A DNA stretch of 54,994 nucleotides, from contig JAPLYG010000007.1 of assembly GCA_026395685.1 (NCBI GenBank), positions 1-54,994 on the forward strand, read 5' to 3'. Position 1 is the first letter of the stretch, and every line of letters starts with the position of its first letter. The notes beneath the pieces are model-generated. The model searched no databases. It was given only the letters and a program-made list of their open reading frames with translations, and had not been told where the DNA came from. A program made the position numbers and the translations under genes. The DNA is from Candidatus Parcubacteria bacterium. Lineage in GTDB: Bacteria > Patescibacteriota > Patescibacteriia > CAIXNZ01. This document shows, piece after piece, positions 10,197 to 20,651 of this stretch.

Positions 10197-12755
10197 ATGG
10201 CAAGACTCAAGAAAATTATAAAAGCAAAAAAGATAGCGTTGGAAAAAGACGCAGCTTCCTCTCCAGAGAAAAATGAGGAGGCAAAATTAAGGCAGCCAAA
10301 ATTAATGGAAATTGCCAATTTGGGTAATATTGAAGAAAGATCTTTGGTTGATGAAATGCAGGATTCATATTTGGATTATGCCATGTCTGTCATTGTTTCC
10401 CGCGCCTTGCCTGACGTGCGCGACGGCTTAAAGCCGGTTCACCGCAGGATTTTATATGCCATGTGGGATATTGGTTTAAAGCCCAGCGCTAAATTCCGTA
10501 AATCCGCAACCATCGTCGGTGAAGTTTTGGGTAAATATCATCCGCACGGTGACGCGGCGGTTTATGAATCCATGGTCAGAATGGCGCAGGATTTTTCCAT
10601 GCGCTATCCTTTGGTCTGGGGCCAGGGTAATTTTGGTTCCATGGACGGAGACAGCGCCGCTGCTTATCGTTATACTGAAGCCAAATTGAAGCACGTGGCC
10701 GAAGAAATGCTTTTTGATATTGAAAAAGATACAGTTGATTTTATACCTAATTATGACGGCGTTTATAAAGAACCTTTGATTTTACCGGCGAAACTGCCCA
10801 ATTTGCTTTTAAATGGCGCCATGGGTATCGCGGTCGGTATGGCTACCAATATTCCGCCTCATAATCTTGGTGAATTATGTGACGGCATTACTTATTTGAT
10901 TGATAATCCTAATGCCACGGTTGATGATTTGATGAAATTTATCAAAGGTCCTGACTTTCCGACCGGCGGTATTATTTATGACATCAAAGAGATCAGGCAG
11001 GCTTATGCCACGGGCAAGGGCAAGGTTGTAATGCGCGCTAAAGCCGAGATTATAGAAGACAAGGGCGGTAAATTTAAAATTATTATTACGGAAATTCCTT
11101 ATCAGGTAAACAAAGCTACTTTGGTGGAAAAAATTGCCGAATTGGTTCGTGACAAGAAAATAAAAGACATCAAGGATTTGCGTGATGAGTCTAATAAGGA
11201 CGGCGTGCGGGTGGTGATTGAATTGAAAAAAGAATCTTATCCCAAGAAAATATTAAATCAATTATATAAGCTGACTCAGCTGCAGGAAACTTTCCATGTA
11301 AACACTTTAGCGCTGATTGATGGCTTGCAGCCGCGTATTTTGACTTTAAAGATGATTTTAGAAGAATATGTCAAACATCGCGAATTGGTGATCAAGCGCA
11401 GAACCGAATATGATTTAAACAAGGCAAAGGCCCGAGCGCATATTTTGGAGGGTCTGGTTAAGGCTCTAGATATTATTGATCAGGTAATAAGTACAATTAA
11501 AAAATCCAAAGATAAGGAAGAAGCCAAGCAGAATTTGATGAAAAAATTCAAATTTACGAAAATTCAGGCAGTAGCGATTTTGGAAATGCGATTGCAGCAG
11601 CTGGCTAATATGGAACGTCAGAAATTGATTGACGAACTGAAAGAAATTAAAAAATTAATTGCGGAGTTAGAATCAATTTTAAAATCACGTACCAGGATTT
11701 TAAGTATTATTAAAAATGAACTTGCTGATTTGAAGAAAAAATATGATGACGGACGCAGAACCGAAATTGTAAAAGGCGCTGTCGGTGAATTTTCCGTTAA
11801 AGACTTGATTCCTAATGAGCCGACAATTGTTATTGTCACTGCCGACGGCTATATTAAGAGACTACCGACCGATACTTTCAAGACTCAGGCCAGAGGCGGC
11901 AAGGGAGTCGTTGGTTTAACTACTAAAGAAGAAGATATAGTTGAACACTTTTTTACAACTACTACCCATTCGGATTTATTATTTTTTACCACCAGCGGTC
12001 GCGTTTTCCAGCTGAAAGCCTATGAAGTGCCGCAGGCAACCAGAACAGCCAAGGGTCAGGCTTTGGTTAATTTCCTGCAATTGGCACCTCATGAAAAAGT
12101 TACTTCTATTTTGGATCTGGCTGATCTATCAGATTATAAATATCTGGTTTTGGTAACTAAAAACGGTTTGATTAAAAAAGTTGATATTACGGAAATTACC
12201 AAGGTCAGAAAGAGCGGTTTGATTGCCATTAAATTAAAATCAGGCGATGGTTTGAACTGGGCTAAGCCTTCAACCGGTAATGATGAAATTGTTTTAGTCA
12301 GTTCCAACGGCATTTCTATACGTTTTAAGGAAAAAGGCATCAGGCCAATGGGACGCGCCGCTTCTGGCGTCCGCGGCATCAGATTGAAAAATGGCGATCA
12401 TGTGGTGCGGATGGATATTAATGAAAAAGCCGTCAAAGAGGAACATATGGATTTATTGGTTGTAATGGAAAACGGCTTTGGCAAACGCAGTCCGATTGGT
12501 GAATATCGCTTGCAGGGACGCGGCGGTTCCGGCATCAAAGCTGCCAAGGTAACTTCCAAGACCGGTAAAATCGTTGGCGCGCGTTTGATTAATAATAAAG
12601 ATTTGGATCGCGATATGATCATTATTTCTTCTCATGGCCAGGTGATCAGATTGCCTCTTAGCAGTGTCAGCCAATTGGGTCGCGCAACTCAAGGCGTCAG
12701 GTTGATGAGATTCAAGGAAGAAGGGGACAAAGTGGCAAGTATTACGGTGATTTAA
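10197..12755 (+). CDS. gyrA: DNA gyrase subunit A
   Basis: [41 protein letters not shown], GyrA-box QARGGKG. Confidence 0.97.
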   Translation: MARLKKIIKAKKIALEKDAASSPEKNEEAKLRQPKLMEIANLGNIEERSLVDEMQDSYLDYAMSVIVSRALPDVRDGLKPVHRRILYAMWDIGLKPSAKFRKSATIVGEVLGKYHPHGDAAVYESMVRMAQDFSMRYPLVWGQGNFGSMDGDSAAAYRYTEAKLKHVAEEMLFDIEKDTVDFIPNYDGVYKEPLILPAKLPNLLLNGAMGIAVGMATNIPPHNLGELCDGITYLIDNPNATVDDLMKFIKGPDFPTGGIIYDIKEIRQAYATGKGKVVMRAKAEIIEDKGGKFKIIITEIPYQVNKATLVEKIAELVRDKKIKDIKDLRDESNKDGVRVVIELKKESYPKKILNQLYKLTQLQETFHVNTLALIDGLQPRILTLKMILEEYVKHRELVIKRRTEYDLNKAKARAHILEGLVKALDIIDQVISTIKKSKDKEEAKQNLMKKFKFTKIQAVAILEMRLQQLANMERQKLIDELKEIKKLIAELESILKSRTRILSIIKNELADLKKKYDDGRRTEIVKGAVGEFSVKDLIPNEPTIVIVTADGYIKRLPTDTFKTQARGGKGVVGLTTKEEDIVEHFFTTTTHSDLLFFTTSGRVFQLKAYEVPQATRTAKGQALVNFLQLAPHEKVTSILDLADLSDYKYLVLVTKNGLIKKVDITEITKVRKSGLIAIKLKSGDGLNWAKPSTGNDEIVLVSSNGISIRFKEKGIRPMGRAASGVRGIRLKNGDHVVRMDINEKAVKEEHMDLLVVMENGFGKRSPIGEYRLQGRGGSGIKAAKVTSKTGKIVGARLINNKDLDRDMIIISSHGQVIRLPLSSVSQLGRATQGVRLMRFKEEGDKVASITVI

Positions 12756-12757
12756 AT

Positions 12758-12791
12758 AAAAGACTCCGTGCCATTGTGGCGCGGAGTTTTT
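12758..12791 (+). terminator. Intrinsic terminator after gyrA
   Basis: ACTCCGTGCCA-TTG-TGGCGCGGAGT followed by T-tract. Confidence 0.7.
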
Positions 12792-12973
12792 GTTTCAATT
12801 TGGTTGGAATAGCGATGTATAAAAAGGATAACAGAACCTCAGATTTAATTCACTGATAGCACAGATACCACATCAGTGTAATCTGTGATAAAAAATCAGT
12901 GGTTAAGTTTTCTCATATAATAAAAAAATCCCGCACCACTTCGTGGGGGGATTTTGGTAATCGTGAAAGAACG

Positions 12974-13234
12974 TCATTCGCGGATGCTGGCGATCTCTCC
13001 TTTCTGCTTAAACGCTGATTGCAGCTTCTCCAGAGCTACTCTTTCTCCAGTAATTTCAATGTGCTGGCCGTTTTCTGAAACATGGCCTAATTTCACCTGT
13101 ACATCGTGTTGGCCGTTTTCTGAAATAGGGCCCAATCTCTCTCGCACATCGCGTTGATACTCCCTGACCGTGTCGTCAACAAGTTTAAAAACCTCGCCGC
13201 GATCCTTATCAATTGTCAGATTCAACGTTGCCAT
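12974..13234 (-). CDS. Hypothetical protein with internal SENGQH duplication
   Basis: AAGGAGGTG RBS, TTGACA promoter near 13340, hairpin terminator near 12923-12955. Confidence 0.7.
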   Translation of the reverse strand: MATLNLTIDKDRGEVFKLVDDTVREYQRDVRERLGPISENGQHDVQVKLGHVSENGQHIEITGERVALEKLQSAFKQKGEIASIRE

Positions 13235-13555
13235 GTTATCACCTCCTTGTTTTGTTCTGGCCGCAATTACGGCGTTTTAAAGCCAATTGTATGGGATAAC
13301 CTTTCTAATTTTTAGCTTAGCAGAATCTATCCAAGTGTCAAGGGATAATAAAATCGAACTCTTGCCCAGTCGTTCGCGAGCGACAACTCTTGCCAAAAAT
13401 TGGGATTTTAGGTATACTGGATTATAGTTAATTATAATTAATAATGAAACCTTGGAACCACGGATTTCATTCACTGATTGCACTGATATGTAATTCGATT
13501 AAATAATCTGTGTTATCTGTGAGGATAAATCAGTGGTTAAGGTTTCCCAAATACT

Positions 13556-13801
13556 ATGTCAGTACCAGCAAAAAAACGACCAGCAGGGGAGAAAAGACGA
13601 CGAGCAGCCCATTTTGCCTTAAAAAGAGTAAAATACGCAACTTGTCCCAAATGTAAAAAATCAAAAATGCCTCACGCTGTTTGCCCGTTTTGCGGCAGTT
13701 ATAAAGGTAAGGAAGTTTTGAAGTCTCATTTGGATAAAAAAGAATTGAAAAAGGCACAAAAACAGAAAGTTCGCGCAGCAGAGAAGCAACAGGGTAGATA
13801 A
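13556..13801 (+). CDS. rpmF: 50S ribosomal protein L32
   Basis: MSVPAKK…CPKC…PHAVCPFCGSYKG. Confidence 0.92.
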   Translation: MSVPAKKRPAGEKRRRAAHFALKRVKYATCPKCKKSKMPHAVCPFCGSYKGKEVLKSHLDKKELKKAQKQKVRAAEKQQGR

Positions 13802-13896
13802 GAATAGCTGAAACACAGAAATAATTCACTGAAAACACAGAATATTTTCACTGAATTCTGTGAATTTTATTCAGTTGTTAAACCATCTCAATTTCT

Positions 13897-14331
13897 ATGT
13901 CCAACCGACATCTTTCTAGAACCATGGCCATGCAAACCTTATATCAGTGGGATTTCAACGGCCAAAAGGACAACAATCTTAAAGATTTGTTGGCTTATAA
14001 TTTGCAGGAATTTGCGCCCGGGTTCAATGATGAAAATTTTTCCTGGCATTTAATCGAGGGTGTCATTAAATATCATGAAGAAATTGATGGTTTGATAAAA
14101 AAATATGCAACTGAGTGGCCGATTGAACAGATTACCATTATTGACCGCAATATTTTGCGCATTGGCGTATATGAGCTGAAATTTGATCAGGATATTCCAT
14201 CCAAGGTTGCTATTAATGAAGCCATTGAAGTGGCTAAAACTTTTGGCGGCGAATCTTCCGGCAAGTTTGTTAACGGTGTTTTGGGTGCGATTTATAAGGA
14301 ACTGGAAGCAGCTGGGCAAATAAAAGAATAA
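13897..14331 (+). CDS. nusB: Transcription antitermination factor NusB
   Basis: [32 protein letters not shown]…FVNGVL. Confidence 0.95.
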   Translation: MSNRHLSRTMAMQTLYQWDFNGQKDNNLKDLLAYNLQEFAPGFNDENFSWHLIEGVIKYHEEIDGLIKKYATEWPIEQITIIDRNILRIGVYELKFDQDIPSKVAINEAIEVAKTFGGESSGKFVNGVLGAIYKELEAAGQIKE

Positions 14332-14598
14332 GGTTTAAAATAACCAATCATCAAACAAATACTAAATCCGAAATCCTGAATTCTAAACAAATTCTAAATT
14401 CCAAATCCAAATGACTAAAATGATTTTGAATTTTGAGAATTTGGGCTTTGATATTGTTTAGGATTTAGATATTAGTGCTTAGAATTTTATTGGTTGTTGA
14501 TTATTGGTAATTGGATATTATAATAAATTATTATTAATCGGCTTTGAGTTGTGTGCTTTGAATAAACAGAGCCCATAGCCTAATGCCCATAGCTAACT

Positions 14599-15291
14599 AT
14601 GAGCGAAATCTCTAAATTAGAAAAAAATCTGGGAGTTAAATTTGTTAACCGCGATTTGATTACCCAGTCCGTAGTGCATCGTTCCTATTTGAATGAGCAC
14701 CCGGAATTTGAACTGGATCATAATGAGCGCCTGGAATTTTTAGGCGATGCTGTTTTGGAATTAATTGTTACGGAACATCTTTATCGTACTTATCCTAATC
14801 CCGAAGGCGAATTAACAAATTGGCGCGCATCTTTGGTTAACGCAATCATGCTTGCGGGAATTGCCAAGGATTTGGGTATTGAAGATTTTCTTTATTTAAG
14901 CAAGGGGGAATCAGCCGATGCCAATTCTAAAGCGCGTATGTATATTTTGGCCAATGCCATGGAAGCAGTTATAGGCGCGATTTATCTGGATCAGGGGTAT
15001 GAAGTTTCCCGCAAGTTTGTGCATGATAAGGTGATTTCTAAATTACCAGAAATTTTGGAAAAAAAATTATACGAAGATCCGAAATCACGATTTCAGGAGA
15101 TTAGTCAGGACAAAGTCGGCGTTACCCCGACTTACAAGGTGCTGGAAGAATCAGGCCCGGATCATGCCAAGCATTTTGTCATTGGCGTATTTCTGAAAAA
15201 GGACATGATTGCCAAGGGCGAAGGCACCAGCAAGCAGGAAGCTCAGGTATCTGCGGCTGAAGAAGCATTAAAAATTAAAAATTGGGAATAA
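14599..15291 (+). CDS. rnc: Ribonuclease III
   Basis: NERLEFLGDAVL signature plus C-terminal dsRBD. Confidence 0.96.
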   Translation: MSEISKLEKNLGVKFVNRDLITQSVVHRSYLNEHPEFELDHNERLEFLGDAVLELIVTEHLYRTYPNPEGELTNWRASLVNAIMLAGIAKDLGIEDFLYLSKGESADANSKARMYILANAMEAVIGAIYLDQGYEVSRKFVHDKVISKLPEILEKKLYEDPKSRFQEISQDKVGVTPTYKVLEESGPDHAKHFVIGVFLKKDMIAKGEGTSKQEAQVSAAEEALKIKNWE

Positions 15292-15301
15292 AAAAACACT
15301 C

Positions 15302-15377
15302 TGTCATCCAGAGCGAAGCGAAGGATCTCCTTGGACATCGATGACCAAAGAGATTTCTCATCTTATTCGGAATGACA
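15302..15377. repeat. Palindromic REP-like element TGTCAT…GAGCGAAGCGAAGGATCT…AGATTTCTC…GAATGACA
   Basis: Inverted repeat; related copies at 41292-41345 and 48466-48577. Confidence 0.7.
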
Positions 15378-15429
15378 GAGCGTTTTTGTTTTTCAAAAAA
15401 GCCGATTTTTTTATTTATCCTGACCTTCG

Positions 15430-15807
15430 TCAGCCGTAGCTGACTTCGGTCAGCGAAGGCTGGTCAATTAATATCTGCCAGCCGCGGATGGATTCGCGGT
15501 TTTTGAACTGCTCTGGCGCTTCTCCTTCAAATTCAATTTCCCAGCGGGAAAATTGCTTGTCTGTAATTTTTAATTCTAGGTAAGTCGGAACAGTGATTCC
15601 TGGCAGTTCAAGCTTCATGCCGATTTTGGCCAGTTTGCCGGAAACTGGGGTGGGATAATCTTTTTCTTTTGTTTCCCTCAGGTCGCTAAAACGGATTCTT
15701 TTGGTGCCGGTATATTCATCAACAGCATGGTAGCTGAAAATTATTTTTGCCTGGTTTAAGAGATCTGTGGCTTCTTTTTGAGTTAAAACACAGCGGAATT
15801 CTTCCAT
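15430..15807 (-). CDS. Hypothetical protein (possibly CYTH-like)
   Basis: Intact ORF; ExEF motif and beta-rich pattern only suggestive. Confidence 0.6.
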   Translation of the reverse strand: MEEFRCVLTQKEATDLLNQAKIIFSYHAVDEYTGTKRIRFSDLRETKEKDYPTPVSGKLAKIGMKLELPGITVPTYLELKITDKQFSRWEIEFEGEAPEQFKNRESIRGWQILIDQPSLTEVSYG

Positions 15808-15894
15808 AATGATAAAATTAGTTTTTAATAAATTTATGCCCCACTTTAGTGGGTGTTCGGAATGCCTGCTAAAGCAGGGTATAAAATATTTTAT

Positions 15895-16362
15895 TTAAAT
15901 TTTTTCGTGTTTAAGATAGTTATTATTTTCATCAAAGAAAAATCTGAATTTTGTTTTTTTTCCATTTAAGGCATCCTTAAGCCAGTAAATATCATCCGGC
16001 CACATTTGAGCAAAGGGGATTTGTGAAATTTCCCACCATTGAGGAAAACATTCTTCACATTCGCACAGATCTCCGCTAAATTCTTTGGCTAGAAAAATAT
16101 GACAGACTTGATTGTTGTCCGGCTTATGCGGCCAAATAAATTCGATGTATCCCAAATTAGTTAAATTATTAGGTTTATATCCTGTTTCTTCCTCAACTTC
16201 ACGAATCGCTGCTTGTTCCGGCGTTTCTCCCGGTTTAACTTTGCCGCCCGGACCATTCCAGCGGCCCTGGCCAAAGCCTTTTTTCTTCATAATTAAAAGA
16301 ACCTTGTTTTGGTCATTCAGCAGATAACATAAGTTGGTTATATAATTAAAGGAGTTGAGCAT
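15895..16362 (-). CDS. NUDIX hydrolase, MTH1/8-oxo-dGTPase-like
   Basis: KKKGFGQGRWNGPGGKVKPGETPEQAAIREVEEETG; MWPDD.YW. Confidence 0.9.
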   Translation of the reverse strand: MLNSFNYITNLCYLLNDQNKVLLIMKKKGFGQGRWNGPGGKVKPGETPEQAAIREVEEETGYKPNNLTNLGYIEFIWPHKPDNNQVCHIFLAKEFSGDLCECEECFPQWWEISQIPFAQMWPDDIYWLKDALNGKKTKFRFFFDENNNYLKHEKI

Positions 16363-16431
16363 TGTTGACAAAAGGCTAATTTAGGTGTATTATTAATTGA
16401 TGAAAATCAAATATCAAGGGAGGAGGATGCC

Positions 16432-16650
16432 ATGGCAGATGTGATTTTGTTGCCGCTTTCCCAGTTGAGTTTTGCCCAGTTGTTGGAGCGTCAAAAAACG
16501 CGCAGGCGTCAGCTCGTCGAGTTCGGTCATTCTCCTTTGATTGTTGAGATTGCCGAGAAAGATCTCGAGGATATCGAGGCGGAGTTGAAAAAAATTTCCT
16601 TGCGTACTAAGGCCAGAGTTAAGTCGCAATTGCGGCTGGTTCCGGACTAG
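16432..16650 (+). CDS. Small hypothetical protein
   Basis: GGAGGAGG RBS; TTGACA-N17-TATTAT promoter at 16365. Confidence 0.65.
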   Translation: MADVILLPLSQLSFAQLLERQKTRRRQLVEFGHSPLIVEIAEKDLEDIEAELKKISLRTKARVKSQLRLVPD

Positions 16651-16759
16651 GAACCCTAGGCCAGTTTATTAAAGAGTCTATCTCAAAGTGAGCGGCTCTT
16701 TTTATTTTGTCATAAAAAAGTCGTTAATGCAAAAAGCCCCGCGTCGCGGGGCTTCGATA

Positions 16760-16846
16760 CTATTTTTTTAATCTTCCAGCTCTTTTTTCGCGCCATTTCA
16801 GTTTGGGACATTTGACGCCGGTAGAGATTTTTTTACCTTTAGCCAT
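16760..16846 (-). CDS. 28-aa basic peptide MAKGKKISTGVKCPKLKWREKRAGRLKK
   Basis: ATG..TAG frame read by hand; immediately followed by a GC-rich terminator (16731-16754). Confidence 0.5.
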   Translation of the reverse strand: MAKGKKISTGVKCPKLKWREKRAGRLKK

Positions 16847-16919
16847 ATTTGGAGAATTATGAATTATGAAATTTTTGTTAAGTCGTATAATTATCTTGAA
16901 ATTATTCTTATCACTTTTA

Positions 16920-17699
16920 TTATTCTAAAGGATTCGGATGGCAAGTACCAGTTATAGAATCTCCAGCTTCTTGCCAATAGATAACATCACCAGTGTCAAT
17001 ATTAATTTCATAATGATCAACATTGCTGCTATGTTCATCACAAAGACCCCAATCACCTCCAATATTAATCATACGAAGAATGTCTGCTTTTATTATCGCT
17101 TTCTCTTGTTTTATTTGTTGAGCAATTACAGTTCCCATAGCGCTTCGTAATTTCTGTAAAAAGGCAATATATCCGGTTGCTTCAGTTTGTGAGATTCTAC
17201 GGGGAATATTAGCAATTTTTGTTGGTTCTCTATTGTAAGCCACGGTTTGGGAAGTAAACTTAATATAATTGCAATTAATAAAATATGACTTTTGCAATTT
17301 ATAGCGTCCCTGATCTTCTATGGCAAAATAGGTACCAGTATCTTCTATAACTTTAGAATTTGAGTAATCTCCTCTTATTATTTCATTCAAGTATTGTTTA
17401 TGGCGTGTCAAGGCTTCATTAGCATCTTGAGCGCAATCCCTCACTAAAAAGGCGTTATCATAGTAGCGTATAGACTCATAAAGAGCATTTACCCTTTGTC
17501 CGGAGAAATTAATATTTGGTTGCCAAGGATTCACTTTAGGGCGGAGATCCGGATGGTCTATAAAATTTTTTAGTTCCGTTTTATTTAATGGATGTAATGT
17601 ATTTTGCGTCAATACTGTTGATTTACTTAAATATAAAAAAATTAAAGCTATCGCCACGACTATGGCTATAGCCAGAAGTGAGTAGAAAATCTTTTTCAT
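16920..17699 (-). CDS. Hypothetical exported/membrane-anchored protein
   Basis: N-terminal hydrophobic helix after MKK; four Cys. Confidence 0.7.
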   Translation of the reverse strand: MKKIFYSLLAIAIVVAIALIFLYLSKSTVLTQNTLHPLNKTELKNFIDHPDLRPKVNPWQPNINFSGQRVNALYESIRYYDNAFLVRDCAQDANEALTRHKQYLNEIIRGDYSNSKVIEDTGTYFAIEDQGRYKLQKSYFINCNYIKFTSQTVAYNREPTKIANIPRRISQTEATGYIAFLQKLRSAMGTVIAQQIKQEKAIIKADILRMINIGGDWGLCDEHSSNVDHYEINIDTGDVIYWQEAGDSITGTCHPNPLE

Positions 17700-17769
17700 A
17701 AAGTTAAGATAAATTAGTTATATACTTAACAATAACATAAGAATAGATTCGGTGACAACTAGAAAATGT

Positions 17770-18186
17770 TTAATTTATTTTATTTAAATCGCCGTTTAAA
17801 ATGATGGGTTTGGCAAGTTTTACTTCCAGGCTGTATTTCAGATCTTTTTCATCCGGAAAATCATTAAGCAGAAAAATTTTTTTGCCCAGATAATAGGCTA
17901 ATCCGATTTCCATCAAAACTGAACCGCCGATGTAGCCTTTAATATTATTTTTAGGATAATTTAGGACTAAAATGGCGTCGCTGGATTCTATTTTTTTGAA
18001 GTGATCCATCATCACATCATTTTGAAAACAAAATTCCAGATCCTCATTAATATTTTTATCAGGATTAGCAGCACCATGTTCAGTTGTGCATGGGATCATT
18101 ACCTCATGCCCCATTTTTTCCAATTGGACTTTAACCTCAAGAATTTTTGGGGCAAAGACTATGCTGCTGCATATGGTAATTTTCAT
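17770..18186 (-). CDS. Nucleoside 2-deoxyribosyltransferase-like (NDT-fold) protein
   Basis: MKITICSS…HFKKIESSDAILVLN…GYIGGSVLMEIGLAYYLGKKIFL. Confidence 0.7.
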   Translation of the reverse strand: MKITICSSIVFAPKILEVKVQLEKMGHEVMIPCTTEHGAANPDKNINEDLEFCFQNDVMMDHFKKIESSDAILVLNYPKNNIKGYIGGSVLMEIGLAYYLGKKIFLLNDFPDEKDLKYSLEVKLAKPIILNGDLNKIN

Positions 18187-18264
18187 AAAAACAAATTAAC
18201 CAATTTCCGCCAAAGGCGGATCAGCCTTTGATGGAAACTAATTAATAATTAAACCAACAAAATG

Positions 18265-18337
18265 TGGGTCGGCTGGGACTCGAACCCAGGACCAATTGCT
18301 TAAGAGGCAACTGCTCTACCAGCTGAGCTACCGACCC
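18265..18337 (-). tRNA. tRNA-Lys(CTT)
   Basis: Cloverleaf GGGTCGG…GTTGC-CTCTTAA-GCAAT…GGTTCGAGTCC…CCGACCC-A; CCA not encoded. Confidence 0.95.
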
Positions 18338-18417
18338 GTAATAATAAGTCTAAAGTATAAAGTCTAAAGTTTAAAGCGCTGTCGGTAGTGAAGTTGCAAG
18401 CTACCGACCTGTATTTA

Positions 18418-18491
18418 TGCACCCAGAAGGACTTGAACCCTCAACCTCCTGGTCCGAAGCCAGGCGCTCTATCCAGTTGAGCTATAGGTGC
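18418..18491 (-). tRNA. tRNA-Arg(TCG)
   Basis: Cloverleaf GCACCTA…CCTGG-CTTCGGA-CCAGG…GGTTCAAGTCC…TGGGTGC-A; CCA not encoded. Confidence 0.95.
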
Positions 18492-18782
18492 GTATTAAAA
18501 TTTAAAAATCAAAATTCAAATGTCAAAACTAATAATATTCATAATAATTAGAAGCTACGAGCCCGGAGCTTAGTCATATCTTAGCAGAAAATTATTGGTA
18601 AGTCAATGTTAAGATGCTCGCCATCAGTATGTTTTTTTGCTATAATTTAAGGTAATAGGATTGAGAGGATATAGATGTAGAAGATGATAAGGGGATTATT
18701 AGGACTATCATTTCATTCTTTTAATCAAATCTTCCTTTGTGATCCTATTCTTCATCTTCTTCCTATGAATTCCTCTTAGTTT

Positions 18783-19322
18783 ATGATTATACTTCAAGCT
18801 CTCTATTTCATGCTGCCGGGTTACTGCGCCAATATGGCGCCTGTTTTTGCCGCTAAAATATTCGGCGAATTTTTTTCTTATCCACTTGATTTTGGCTGGA
18901 AAATGAATAATAAGCCGGTTTTGGGAAAAAATAAGACCTGGCGCGGATTAATTGCCGCAATTTTGGTTGGTATACTAATTGTCACTTTGCAGTCTTGTTT
19001 GTATCCATTTATATTTTTTAAGAATTTAAGCATTTTGGATTATACGCAAATCAATGTCTGGCTTTTTGGATTATTATTCGGCCTGGGTGTGATCTTGGCC
19101 GACGCAATAAAAAGTTTTTTTAAACGCCGAAAAAATTTAAAGCCGGGCGATAAGTGGTTTCCCTGGGATCAGCTTGATTTTGTCGGTGCGTTAATTTTAA
19201 TTTCTTTAGTATATTTACCATTGTTGGAAATAATAATTATCATTTCTTTTATTTCCCCATTATTGCCTATCGCAGCTAATTGGATAGGGTATAAATTAAA
19301 ACTTAAGAAAGTGGCGTGGTAG
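18783..19322 (+). CDS. CDP-archaeol synthase (CarS/DUF46)-like cytidylyltransferase
   Basis: PGYCANMAPV, PLDFG, LGKNKTWRG, SFFKRR, DQLDF motifs; multi-TM. Confidence 0.85.
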   Translation: MIILQALYFMLPGYCANMAPVFAAKIFGEFFSYPLDFGWKMNNKPVLGKNKTWRGLIAAILVGILIVTLQSCLYPFIFFKNLSILDYTQINVWLFGLLFGLGVILADAIKSFFKRRKNLKPGDKWFPWDQLDFVGALILISLVYLPLLEIIIIISFISPLLPIAANWIGYKLKLKKVAW

Positions 19323-19465
19323 GTGATTAATCTTCAATCATCAATAACCAATATCCAAACAATACCTAATAATCAATTTTTAATAACAAAATTAAATATT
19401 TAGGCATTTGAATTTAGAATTTGTTTGATTATTGCGTTATTAATTATGGGTTATTTATAAGTATT

Positions 19466-20071
19466 ATGTTCCTAAGCGACTTTTACGAACAATATAAAAA
19501 ATTTTCCATAGAGTTTCGGGCGAAAAATTTTCAGCCGATTTTAAAGCTGCTTGTGAAATTAAAAATTACGCCCAGCCAAATTACTACTTTTCGAGTTATA
19601 TTTTTGCTGCCGGTTATTTATTATTTTTATTATGGCCGGTTTTGGGGAGTTTTTATTTTTTATTGTCTATTCTGGTTTTTAGATCTATTTGACGGCGCTT
19701 TAGCCCGTTATTCAAATAACGCCAGTGACAAGGGAAGGTTTCTGGATACTTTTGTGGATAATTTTGCTTACGGCATTGCAGTGATTGGCTTTCTTTATTG
19801 GCAGATTGCCTTACCCTGGCTGTTGGCCGCCAATTTGTTATTGGAATATTCTGCTCAGCTTTTGGCAATTATTAAAAAACAAAGAAATGTGCCCAGTGAT
19901 TTTATTATCAAAGCCCAGGCCGACCTGCCCTATTTTAAATCAGCCGCCCATCTCGCCATGTTTTGTTATGTCTGCGGCATTGATTTTTTGAATTTCGCCT
20001 TTGCTATTATCAATATAGTTCTTCTGGCAATTATCATCAAATACTATTTTAATATTAAAAATAAATCTTAA
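19466..20071 (+). CDS. CDP-alcohol phosphatidyltransferase
   Basis: DLFDGALAR…GRFLDTFVD signature; ATG 19466 preferred. Confidence 0.88.
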   Translation: MFLSDFYEQYKKFSIEFRAKNFQPILKLLVKLKITPSQITTFRVIFLLPVIYYFYYGRFWGVFIFYCLFWFLDLFDGALARYSNNASDKGRFLDTFVDNFAYGIAVIGFLYWQIALPWLLAANLLLEYSAQLLAIIKKQRNVPSDFIIKAQADLPYFKSAAHLAMFCYVCGIDFLNFAFAIINIVLLAIIIKYYFNIKNKS

Positions 20072-20631
20072 TGCTATTAAGCGCTTTGGCCGTAGTTAAA
20101 TATTTACTGCTCTTTGCCTTTTTTCTAGTCTTGGGCGTCTTGGGTTTTATTATGGTGAGTTTCCGTAATATAGTGCCCTTTGTGCCTACACCCAAAAAAG
20201 TTGTACGCAAAATGGTGGAAGCTGCGGATGCCCGTCCCGGAGAAAAAATTTGCGACCTTGGTTCCGGTTCCGGCCGGATAATTTTTCAGGCGGCAAAAGA
20301 GTATAAAAATAATTTAGTTTTTGGTTTCGAAACATCTTTCTTGTTGCGTATGTTCAGCAAGAGTTTATTGCTTTTTCATCCGTTAATCAAAAAAAGAATC
20401 CAGATTGTCAATCGGGACTTTTTTAATATTAATTTAGCCGACTTCGATGTGATTTTTTGTTTTTTAACACCTGAAGCATTGAGAATTTTGTCGCCGAAGT
20501 TTCAGACACTTTTGCCCGGAACCAGAATTATTACCTATATGTTTCACTTAGAAAATCAGCAGGGTTTATCTGAAATAATAGATAATTACAGCGCAAAGGA
20601 TATTATATACTATTATAAAAAAATATCTTAA
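20071..20631 (+). CDS. Membrane-anchored class I SAM-dependent methyltransferase
   Basis: TM helix, PFVPTP, DLGSGSGR; start overlaps upstream stop (TAATG). Confidence 0.85.
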   Translation: MLLSALAVVKYLLLFAFFLVLGVLGFIMVSFRNIVPFVPTPKKVVRKMVEAADARPGEKICDLGSGSGRIIFQAAKEYKNNLVFGFETSFLLRMFSKSLLLFHPLIKKRIQIVNRDFFNINLADFDVIFCFLTPEALRILSPKFQTLLPGTRIITYMFHLENQQGLSEIIDNYSAKDIIYYYKKIS

Positions 20632-20651
20632 GGTAATTTTAAGAAAAAAAT

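Noticed and set aside
18265-18491. tRNA-anchored prophage or integrative element
   Set aside because: No integrase and no duplicated tRNA 3' end seen in the window
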